Source of the DNA: an uncultured virus (IMG/VR IMGVR_UViG_3300029258_004075)
Taxonomy: Duplodnaviria > Heunggongvirae > Uroviricota > Caudoviricetes
Reading direction: 5' to 3' (one strand)
IMG/VR virus record: IMGVR_UViG_3300029258_004075
Length of the DNA stretch: 64,000 bases
A model generated the notes under the pieces. That model was not told the origin of the DNA. It did no database searches and worked only from the letters and a program-made list of their open reading frames with translations. This document shows positions 19,414 to 26,893 of the stretch, piece after piece. Position 1 is the stretch's first letter. Every line of letters starts with the position of its first letter. A program made the position numbers and the translations under genes.

Positions 19414-20427
19414 ATGCGTTCAATAAAGGAATTCGTTGGTAGCAATAATTTCAAGACTGTTCAAACATTAGTTAACTGGATAAACGATTGCTACAGAAAT
19501 AAAGATAGCGTTGATTCCAATTATGCCATTCTACAAGGAGACTCTGGTAACGGAAAGACATTTCTTGTTCAGTTACTTGCAGATGTTTTTCATTTGCAAC
19601 TCTATAGAATAACACCATTCGACATTGAGAGCGGAGCAACATTGGGTGATATTTTCAAATCAATTAACGTAACGACACTTGAAGGAAAAGCACATAAACT
19701 TATACTTGTAGATGATTATGATGACTATCAAAGCAGATATAAAAAGAAATTAAAGAAGATTGTTGATATCTCAAAGTATCCTGTCATTTTTACAACACGG
19801 TTCTTTCCTTCTGATAGAACATTTGTCAACGGAAGTTTGAAGGGACCAAGAGGTCGTTTATTGAAAGTAGAAAAACCTTTAAGAAGCGAATTGGTAAGAC
19901 ATCTCAAAAAGCAATCTACACTCACAGAAAAAGAATTAAATCACATTGTAGAAGAATCACTTAGTACAAGAAGTGCTATCCTATCAACACAGAGCAATGC
20001 TATTAATGATACGCTAGACCCTTGGCGTAGCAAATATCATTTTCTACAAACCATACAAGATAGAGAGTTGCAAAAATTATTAGATAGAAGAGATGTTCGC
20101 GTTATTTTTCGCGCTTTACATAACTATGATGAGAAAGGGCTTGCCGTTATGGAGCGTTTCGCTGACTTTGACTACAGGTTATGCGCTAAGTTTGAAAGGG
20201 TTGAACGGATTTCTGGAATAGACCCTTGGTTCGTAAATCACATGGAAGAGCCTATAGGAGACGTTAATCTTCAAACTGTTTATAAGGAGTACAAAAAGAA
20301 GAAATCTTCTAAGAAGAAAAGCAAAAAGAAAACATTAGGAGATGTAAAGAAACAAAAAGTCAAAAAAGGAAATGGAAAGAAAGTCGTAAAAGCTGATGAT
20401 TCTTCTTCTCTTAACAAATGGTTCTAG
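19414..20427 (+). CDS. rfcL: Replication factor C large subunit-like AAA+ ATPase
   Basis: ILQGDSGNGKT, LILVDDYD, KYPVIFT, K-rich tail ending SLNKWF. Confidence 0.75.
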   Translation: MRSIKEFVGSNNFKTVQTLVNWINDCYRNKDSVDSNYAILQGDSGNGKTFLVQLLADVFHLQLYRITPFDIESGATLGDIFKSINVTTLEGKAHKLILVDDYDDYQSRYKKKLKKIVDISKYPVIFTTRFFPSDRTFVNGSLKGPRGRLLKVEKPLRSELVRHLKKQSTLTEKELNHIVEESLSTRSAILSTQSNAINDTLDPWRSKYHFLQTIQDRELQKLLDRRDVRVIFRALHNYDEKGLAVMERFADFDYRLCAKFERVERISGIDPWFVNHMEEPIGDVNLQTVYKEYKKKKSSKKKSKKKTLGDVKKQKVKKGNGKKVVKADDSSSLNKWF

Positions 20428-20490
20428 AAAATCAATAGTTTTAAATACCTTTATACCATTTGATATATTAAACAAATAAGAGAAGGTTAC

Positions 20491-20781
20491 ATGAATACAA
20501 AATCAGCGTATGCATCAATGGTTTTACTTATTTTTATTAGGAATGTTGACATTCCATGCGACAGCATCACAGCAGTTATGCGTTTTGCAGATAAACAGTT
20601 ACAAGTTTTAGGAATCAAAAATGACCTATCAGAATCCACTAAATACTCGGTTGTCAAAGACTTATTAGAAACAGGTATACTTGTTAGTAAGACAAGAAAG
20701 AATGGAAAGAAGCATAAGGTATTCTTATCTAAGAAAATAAATACATATATTCATGAACTGATAGAATCAAAACAAGGGTGA
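20491..20781 (+). CDS. Winged-helix DNA-binding protein
   Basis: LSESTKYSVVKDLLETGIL...wing. Confidence 0.55.
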   Translation: MNTKSAYASMVLLIFIRNVDIPCDSITAVMRFADKQLQVLGIKNDLSESTKYSVVKDLLETGILVSKTRKNGKKHKVFLSKKINTYIHELIESKQG

Positions 20782-20788
20782 TGTATTT

Positions 20789-21064
20789 TTGAAAACAGTC
20801 AAACCTACAAGAAAGAAGAACCGTTGGTATGAGGAGATATCACTGCCAATAACCAAACTTAGAAGGAATGCTGGAGTCTATATCATAACGATACCTAAAA
20901 AAATTGTTAAAGAACATAACCTTAGAAAAGGGTCATCTGTACATCCTTTCTTATTAGTGCGTCGAAGATTTCATAAAGATGAGTTGCCTGAAAATGAGGA
21001 ATGGGTAAAACTGTCAAAGAAAGAGCGCCTTCAATTCGAGGCGTGGAAAAGAACAAGAGAATAA
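20789..21064 (+). CDS. AbrB/MazE/SpoVT-like DNA-binding protein
   Basis: TKLRR..GVYIITIPKKIVKEHNLRKG. Confidence 0.7.
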   Translation: MKTVKPTRKKNRWYEEISLPITKLRRNAGVYIITIPKKIVKEHNLRKGSSVHPFLLVRRRFHKDELPENEEWVKLSKKERLQFEAWKRTRE

Positions 21065-21073
21065 TACATATAT

Positions 21074-21220
21074 TGTTTAAAATTTAAACATAAAACTAAT
21101 CAAAAGTTAAAGATTGATTATATGATAGATATATGTAGTACCAAAAGTTAAAGACTGATACTACGTATATTATTGCGTACAATGTACAAGAGAAGGGCAC
21201 TTCAGTGTCCCTTCTTCTCA
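21074..21220. repeat. AT-rich palindrome, tandem direct repeat and hairpin (regulatory region or candidate origin)
   Basis: tgtttaaa-a-tttaaaca (21074-21090); caaaagttaaagaYtgat at 21101 and 21142; hairpin agaagggcac-ttca-gtgtcccttct. Confidence 0.6.
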
Positions 21221-21233
21221 AGAGTGTGAAAAC

Positions 21234-21449
21234 ATGAAACATCTCAAAGACATATATGACAGTATGAATGAAAAGCAGAAGAAGACAATACGATTTATAC
21301 CTAGTGTTGCCCTTTACATGATTATTATAGTGTACCTTTCTGGTTTTCAGCAGACAACCACTGACCTTATATTTTTTATCATTATAGCCTGTGTCCTTGC
21401 ATTTTTGCTCTTTTTCCTACCTAGAGATAGCCTTTTCAAAAACAACTAG
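21234..21449 (+). CDS. 2-TM hypothetical protein
   Basis: Two hydrophobic helices. Confidence 0.55.
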   Translation: MKHLKDIYDSMNEKQKKTIRFIPSVALYMIIIVYLSGFQQTTTDLIFFIIIACVLAFLLFFLPRDSLFKNN

Positions 21450-21584
21450 TTCTTCCTCAATCCTCGAAATTTGAGTGATTTTATCACACAATTGAAGATA
21501 AGCGAAGTTAAATACGTATAGAGACGGAGGGGTTTGAAGGTTGTATCCCATATATATAAATATAGACACCCACAATGTAGTAAT

Positions 21585-21956
21585 ATGATGAAAAAGAGAA
21601 TTATTCAGGCACTTTCGGAGCGCCCAAGAACAATACATGAACTCTCTCTTCTATGTAACAGTCCTGAATCTAGCATCAGGGCTCGTATATCTGAACTCCG
21701 CCGTGATGCGTTTCAAATTAAAACGGAACAGCGACCAGCACACTATTACGTTTTAGACCCGAAAAGGACCAATGCCCAGAAAATCATTGATTGGTTTGAA
21801 GAAAAGAAGCTCTTTGGTATTAGCATTGATATAGGTGAAATATCAACTGAACTTGATATCCCTAGAGAAGAGACAGAAAGGGCAATATCAAATCTCTTCG
21901 ACCGCGGTTATCGTGTTACACAAATAGCCAAGGACAGAATTATAATGCGTAAATAA
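21585..21956 (+). CDS. Double winged-helix protein
   Basis: TIHELS...SIRARISELR and IGEISTELDIP...AISNL. Confidence 0.7.
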   Translation: MMKKRIIQALSERPRTIHELSLLCNSPESSIRARISELRRDAFQIKTEQRPAHYYVLDPKRTNAQKIIDWFEEKKLFGISIDIGEISTELDIPREETERAISNLFDRGYRVTQIAKDRIIMRK

Positions 21957-22024
21957 TTTTTCTGAGATTATTTAAAAAACTTTTTAAACCTATTACACAT
22001 TATCGTATTAAGAGGTGTGTGAGA

Positions 22025-22086
22025 AGGTGGTGAGCACCTGAAAGATGGAATGGGGGTGTCTTCGAGCACCCCAAGTTCCCCATTTT
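22025..22086 (+). other. GC-rich hairpin pair (candidate ncRNA or attenuator)
   Basis: aggtg-gtgag-cacct and an extended ggggtg...cacccc stem in AT-rich intergenic DNA. Confidence 0.35.
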
Positions 22087-22145
22087 GACATGCATCAGGA
22101 AATATCTCCTTTCTCTCTTTTCATCTATCATTATGTGTGGTGAGT

Positions 22146-22343
22146 ATGACAGAACGAGCAGACCATTGTTACAAGTTAATATCACAATACCTTGAAAATA
22201 GCCCAAAAAGGCATTTTACCGTATCATTTTTACAAAAACAGTTTATCCTTATGAATCCATGGGAAATCGCTCATACGCTCCGTAGACTACACGAAAATGG
22301 AAAGATTGAAAAAAGAACCAAATCAACCTGGAAGATACTATGA
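22146..22343 (+). CDS. Small winged-helix protein
   Basis: EIAHTLRRLHENGKIEK...TWKI. Confidence 0.55.
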   Translation: MTERADHCYKLISQYLENSPKRHFTVSFLQKQFILMNPWEIAHTLRRLHENGKIEKRTKSTWKIL

Positions 22344-22750
22344 AAGTAAAAAGATTCTACATCGTCCGTTCGATAGGAGACCTAATACAATTCCACAAAG
22401 CACATCCAGAAAAAGAGAATATGGCAATCATAACCATATCTGACCGTGATTACGGTTACGATTTTCATCCAACACCACATTACTCGTTCTCCTTCAAAGA
22501 TGTGTTTAACGGTGAAAAAGGTTTCATCACTACACGAGAAGCCATGAGAATAAGCGATATCATACCAGAACTACACGATAAACAACTTATCTGTGTTGCC
22601 TGCGACGCCGGTATCTCAAGGAGCCCAGCGGTTGCAATGGCAATAGCCGACCAATTAGGTGATGAAAAAGAGAAGCAAAACATCAAATACACACACCCAC
22701 ATTTTAACCTTTCTATATACGAATTCATAAAAGAAACAATCAAATCTTGA
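22340..22750 (+). CDS. Cys-dependent (CX5R) dual-specificity/tyrosine phosphatase-like protein
   Basis: F.D loop and ACDAGISRSPAVA. Confidence 0.85.
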   Translation: MKVKRFYIVRSIGDLIQFHKAHPEKENMAIITISDRDYGYDFHPTPHYSFSFKDVFNGEKGFITTREAMRISDIIPELHDKQLICVACDAGISRSPAVAMAIADQLGDEKEKQNIKYTHPHFNLSIYEFIKETIKS

Positions 22751-22778
22751 GATACGGGTTCAATTCCTGTCGAGGGCA
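22746..22778 (+). pseudogene. tRNA 3' half remnant (variable loop, T-arm, acceptor 3' strand)
   Basis: gat-acggg-TTCAATT-cctgt-cgagggc-a. Confidence 0.6.
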
Positions 22779-22862
22779 TATATAGTTTACGTGTAAAATA
22801 TATATTCTATATACACAAGGCCAATATACTTCCTTAAATAAAATAATAATGGTGATATCAAA

Positions 22863-23066
22863 ATGAGTTGTAGTAGTTATAAGGAACTGAAGCCAACTGT
22901 TCGTGTAGATGACTTTCATCTCACAACAGAAGATAGACACATGTCCAAATTTCCAGGTGCTGCTGGTGTCTTATCATCAAATATAAATGTTGACGGACAG
23001 AACCTAAAATACGATGCTCCTATCTCTAAAAAAGGAAATATAGGAAATGGATTCTTAAGCGATTAA
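22863..23066 (+). CDS. Hypothetical protein, apparently monocistronic
   Basis: GGTGA RBS upstream, oligo-T terminator downstream. Confidence 0.55.
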   Translation: MSCSSYKELKPTVRVDDFHLTTEDRHMSKFPGAAGVLSSNINVDGQNLKYDAPISKKGNIGNGFLSD

Positions 23067-23090
23067 TCTTTTCCTTTTTTTCTTTTTCAA
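23067..23090 (+). terminator. Oligo-T archaeal-type terminator
   Basis: tcttttcctttttttctttttc. Confidence 0.55.
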
Positions 23091-23145
23091 AATAACATAA
23101 AACTTAAATACCTATCATTCATATGTTTTTATAGAGGTAAAATAT

Positions 23146-23218
23146 GATACTATGGTCATTCCTATCAAGTTTAGGAGAGCTCAGTTCCTTGCGGAACTAA
23201 TGCACACGCCATAGTATC
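23146..23218. ncRNA. Candidate three-way-junction RNA overlapping an 18-codon ORF
   Basis: gatactatgg/ccatagtatc closing stem with tccta..tagga and agttcc-ttgc-ggaact hairpins. Confidence 0.4.
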
Positions 23219-23239
23219 TTACCATCCCATCTTTTTGAA

Positions 23240-23283
23240 GCCAACGTACCCAAGTGGTCTAAGGGAGCGGGGTTAGAACCCGT
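23240..23283 (+). pseudogene. tRNA-Leu(TAG)-like 5' half remnant
   Basis: GCCAACG-TA-CCC-AAGTGGTCTAA-GGG-A-GCGGG-GT[TAG]AA-CCCGT; no T-arm or matching acceptor strand follows. Confidence 0.6.
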
Positions 23284-23563
23284 CTATCTGCATTGCCCAC
23301 ATGACAGAGCGGAAATGTACTTCGTTCCTGCCATAGAAAAGCATAATATATAAATATGTCTAAATCATATGTATTATAAGAGGTGCGGGACTAAGATTTA
23401 AATCTTTTTTTATCATTTTACCGCGCCTCCTCCCTCAACCCGTTAAAACCTATAATCCCTCATCGCTCCATACATTTTTCTATCTATTAAATTTTTCATA
23501 AACTTTATAAATATATAATCATTTTATGTTTACGGTAAACAAATAATTAGAAAGGGAGATTAA

Positions 23564-23800
23564 ATGACATCAGATAAAGAAGTGAAAGCACAACGACAAA
23601 TAAACGTAGATATTTTAGGAAGAGGAAAAGAAGAAGTAACCGTACAAAACGCACAAACCATCGGTGAATTGCGTTCTATCCTCAATCTAGACAAAGATAT
23701 ACAAGCAATGAGTAAAGAAGGAAAAAAACTTACCGACAGTCAGTCAGTAGATGACCTAGACGACGTATACTTTGTACCTAACGTCCAAGGTGGAGCATAG
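23564..23800 (+). CDS. Ubiquitin-like (beta-grasp) protein precursor ending GG-A
   Basis: 78 aa, INVDILG...TIGELRSIL...L.D.D.VYFVPNVQGGA. Confidence 0.8.
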   Translation: MTSDKEVKAQRQINVDILGRGKEEVTVQNAQTIGELRSILNLDKDIQAMSKEGKKLTDSQSVDDLDDVYFVPNVQGGA

Positions 23801-24613
23801 TTGAGAGTAAGTACAATCGTTGCATCTCTTATAACACTATGCATCATTGTTCTTTTTGCTTCTATAATAATACTTGTAGTATCTCAAACACTCGAGGAAG
23901 TAGAAAGTGAGGAAAAACTATCAAGCCCAGATATTCCTATTGGTATTATTTCCATCATATTACTCCTTGGTCTTTTAGGACCGGCTATTGCCGTTTTATA
24001 TAACGGTTACAGAGAATCTGAAAGAGAAAGACTCCGTGAATTTAGGATGCAACGAGACCGAGAACTTGCTAGTTCGATACAAAGAAGTTTAATTATTCAA
24101 CGACAGCGCATAAGAGAACAGCAAATAATAAATAAGCAAAGAGAAGCACAAAAAAGAAAAGCACTTTTAACACAAACATTGGAATGTAAAACCAAACACG
24201 AAGACGAAGTCTTACGAGAATTCATTCCTGGAGATGGTCTCTTTGATATCGCGGTCACCAAATTCGATGTTCCTTCCTTTGCAGAGCAAGTAGAGACAAT
24301 CAAATCTCTCAAGCAAGTGATAACCTTTGACCCAACAACGAAAACAACAACGCTAAACCTTGGCTCTTATGGAATGTACGAAGTGGTCATAGAGAAAAAA
24401 CCTAGAGCAAAGAGAACAGACCCTTTACATGTTTCACATGATAATCCCTTTATCAATAGCTATTCAAATACATTATGCCTAGGAACAATAACTGACTTCT
24501 ATGAAGAAACATTCAGAAAAGGAAACTATCACGAGTGCTTACGAATAATTATTAAAATACTTTCTTCAGATGATGATTCTGAGGGATACAGGAGTTGGTC
24601 AGATTGCAAATAA
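23801..24613 (+). CDS. Membrane-anchored E2-like (prokaryotic Ubl-conjugating) protein
   Basis: 2 N-terminal TMs, coiled coil, NPFI-x7-CLG followed by helices; position between Ubl and JAB. Confidence 0.6.
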   Translation: MRVSTIVASLITLCIIVLFASIIILVVSQTLEEVESEEKLSSPDIPIGIISIILLLGLLGPAIAVLYNGYRESERERLREFRMQRDRELASSIQRSLIIQRQRIREQQIINKQREAQKRKALLTQTLECKTKHEDEVLREFIPGDGLFDIAVTKFDVPSFAEQVETIKSLKQVITFDPTTKTTTLNLGSYGMYEVVIEKKPRAKRTDPLHVSHDNPFINSYSNTLCLGTITDFYEETFRKGNYHECLRIIIKILSSDDDSEGYRSWSDCK

Positions 24614-25122
24614 AAGAAATTGTACTCAAAAAAATACAAGAAGAGAAAAACAATCATCCCGAAACTGAGTTTGGTGGATACCTACTCGTCAAAGATGAAA
24701 CCATTTACGACATCATTTTTGATATAGATGAAGAGCAGACCAATGCAGGGTTCGTTCAATTCGATGTTAAGCAAATCATAAAATTACCTGAAAACAAAAG
24801 AAAGCAGGTTCGTGGTTGGTTCCATGAGCACCCCATCATTGGTATGTCAAGGCAAGATACACAGACGACATCATTATTAACTAACTTGTGGGGAGAATGT
24901 TACACCTTAGTCCTTCAACAACCAACAAACCAGTTGCTCTGTGTTAAGACAATTAAAGGCATTCCTATCAATCAAGCATTTAACTTCTTTGATAAATCAC
25001 CGCAACCTACAACAATCATTACTGAGAAAGAAGAATTACAAATGGAGGATGAGAATGGCGAGACCAAATATTTACAGAAATCAAACTGGTTTGCTAAACT
25101 CTCGACAGTTCGACTATCTTGA
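24595..25122 (+). CDS. JAB/MPN+ (JAMM) metalloprotease
   Basis: EFGGYL ... GWFHEHP....S..D. Confidence 0.85.
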   Translation: MVRLQIKEIVLKKIQEEKNNHPETEFGGYLLVKDETIYDIIFDIDEEQTNAGFVQFDVKQIIKLPENKRKQVRGWFHEHPIIGMSRQDTQTTSLLTNLWGECYTLVLQQPTNQLLCVKTIKGIPINQAFNFFDKSPQPTTIITEKEELQMEDENGETKYLQKSNWFAKLSTVRLS

Positions 25123-25762
25123 AATAGCAATTGTCGGCTGCGGTTCAATAGGTAGTTTCCTAACACTAGGTCTGACCAAACTAGGTTTTAAGAATTTTAT
25201 CCTTATCGACGATGACAAAGTAGAACCACACAACATTCCAACTCAGTACTATGAGGAAGACCAAATTGGAGAACAAAAAGTAGAAGCACTTTCTGATAAT
25301 CTTGAAGGTGAATTCACCTGTTATCCTCAAAAACTCTTCCCAACAAACAAAATCAATGCCGACGCCGTTTTCATTTGCGTTGATTCCCTTAAACAGCGAA
25401 AAGCAATTGTAAAAGCCGTTCTTGATTCCTACGAGCAGTATGGCAAACCAAAACTTATCATAGACGGAAGAATGCATAGGCTTGTATTTCGTGTATTTAC
25501 CATACCTATTAATCAGCACAAGATTCTTCAACAATACGTCCAAAGTACACTCGAAAAAGAATTTGAAGGTGCCTGCACTGAAAAAGGAATCATACAAAAC
25601 ATCTTTGGCGTAACAGCCCTGATGATAGAACAATTCAGGAAAGTCCTTACTGGACAAGACTTCCACGCAATCATAAACTTTGACCTTGAACACCTAACAT
25701 CCATTAGTTCGCAACCGACAACCTCCAAGAGGAATAATAATGAGAAAACAAATCAAGATTAA
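25055..25762 (+). CDS. E1-like ThiF/MoeB adenylyltransferase
   Basis: IVGCGSIGS, DDDKVEPHN..TQ, KVEAL, CVDS...R, IDGRM, candidate catalytic Cys in GACT. Confidence 0.9.
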   Translation: MARPNIYRNQTGLLNSRQFDYLEIAIVGCGSIGSFLTLGLTKLGFKNFILIDDDKVEPHNIPTQYYEEDQIGEQKVEALSDNLEGEFTCYPQKLFPTNKINADAVFICVDSLKQRKAIVKAVLDSYEQYGKPKLIIDGRMHRLVFRVFTIPINQHKILQQYVQSTLEKEFEGACTEKGIIQNIFGVTALMIEQFRKVLTGQDFHAIINFDLEHLTSISSQPTTSKRNNNEKTNQD

Positions 25763-26084
25763 AAAAGAAGCAACTGTGAATAAATTTTACTGTGACTGCT
25801 GCGGAAAAGAATTTCATTGGGGTATATGTGCAAACCAGTTCCATAGTTGCTGGGTTTGTGGTAATGAAATGTGTGATGATTGCCGTAGACAATCACCTGT
25901 TGACAATGACCAAGACTGTTGGCATAGAGCACACGATGAAGAAAGATTTATCTGTAAGGATTGCGAAAAGACATTTTCTCCTTATGCTAAGAAAATGAAT
26001 CAACTTTGGAATACTTATTTAGAAGAGAAAGATAAAGTTCTTAAGCAATATCGAGAATTTAGGAAGCAAGAAAAGAAAAAGTGA
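25740..26084 (+). CDS. Double Zn-finger protein (FYVE/RING-like Cys pattern)
   Basis: CDCCGKEF...HSCWVCGNEMCDDC...FICKDC. Confidence 0.55.
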   Translation: MRKQIKIKKEATVNKFYCDCCGKEFHWGICANQFHSCWVCGNEMCDDCRRQSPVDNDQDCWHRAHDEERFICKDCEKTFSPYAKKMNQLWNTYLEEKDKVLKQYREFRKQEKKK

Positions 26085-26210
26085 CCAAATAACTATTAAA
26101 AAATCCATTACTTATTTATATAGAATATATCTATATAAGTATATAGAGGTAACGAAAATGCCCATAATTAAAAAGCGAGGTGGATTAAATAAAAGGAAAA
26201 GGAGTATCAT

Positions 26211-26426
26211 ATGAACACAGGACAAATAAACGAAAAGAACTATAAACAAATATTCGATGTCTGTAAAGAAGTACAGAAAGATTTACTTGAGAAAGAAAAG
26301 TATACAATAGACTTTCTAACACTCAAGAAATTGATACAAACGAAATATCCAAACATAAAAGAAGAAACAATACAGCGAGCATTAGACGATATGGAACTCA
26401 AAGGATATGTCATCTCGACAATTTAA
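26211..26426 (+). CDS. Small winged-helix protein
   Basis: IQRALDDMELKGYV. Confidence 0.5.
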   Translation: MNTGQINEKNYKQIFDVCKEVQKDLLEKEKYTIDFLTLKKLIQTKYPNIKEETIQRALDDMELKGYVISTI

Positions 26427-26446
26427 AACGAAAGGGAGTAGAAAGG

Positions 26447-26830
26447 ATGAAACAAGAACTAATATCTTGCATGGACCAAGAAGAAAGGAACGCTGTTGAA
26501 CTCTTACAAAACTTTGGAATTAAAAGAAACGATGCAAAAGTAACAATCTTCTTTCTTTCCAATGAAAAAGCAACATCACCAGAAATAGAAAAAGCAATGA
26601 ACATGAGACAGCCTGAGGTCTCTCTAAGTATGAGAACCTTAGTAAACGAAGGTCTCATAGACCCTGTCAAAAAACCTACATCAACAAAAGGAAGACCTAA
26701 AATCTTATATACGAGGACGTGTCCTTCTTCTGATTTTTATAAATTCTTTTTAAGCAAAGCAGAGGAAAGGATACGATACCTCCAACAGCAACAGCATAAA
26801 TTACAACTGCTAATGGGTAAACTGTCCTAA
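26447..26830 (+). CDS. Archaeal TrmB/ArsR-like transcriptional regulator
   Basis: L..FG..RN.AK...ATS.EIE....MRQPEVS..MR.L ... KGRP...Y. Confidence 0.8.
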   Translation: MKQELISCMDQEERNAVELLQNFGIKRNDAKVTIFFLSNEKATSPEIEKAMNMRQPEVSLSMRTLVNEGLIDPVKKPTSTKGRPKILYTRTCPSSDFYKFFLSKAEERIRYLQQQQHKLQLLMGKLS

Positions 26831-26893
26831 ACTATTAAAAATACCAAAACCTTTATATACCTAATACCACATATTCTATTATGGTGTATTAAA

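Noticed and set aside
21101..21160. Direct repeats as a mini-CRISPR array
   Set aside because: Only two imperfect 18-nt copies with BRE/TATA-like content; better explained as promoters or binding sites.
23146..23218. Hammerhead ribozyme
   Set aside because: Three-way topology fits but the CUGAnGA and GAAA core is absent on both strands.
23240..23335. Intact tRNA-Leu gene
   Set aside because: No T-arm and no complement to the GCCAACG acceptor strand downstream; only the 5' half is supportable.
23564..25762. ThiS/ThiF or MoaD/MoeB cofactor biosynthesis operon
   Set aside because: No thiazole, molybdopterin or tRNA-thiolation genes nearby, and JAB plus E2-like genes intervene; conjugation fits better, though sulfur transfer is not formally excluded.
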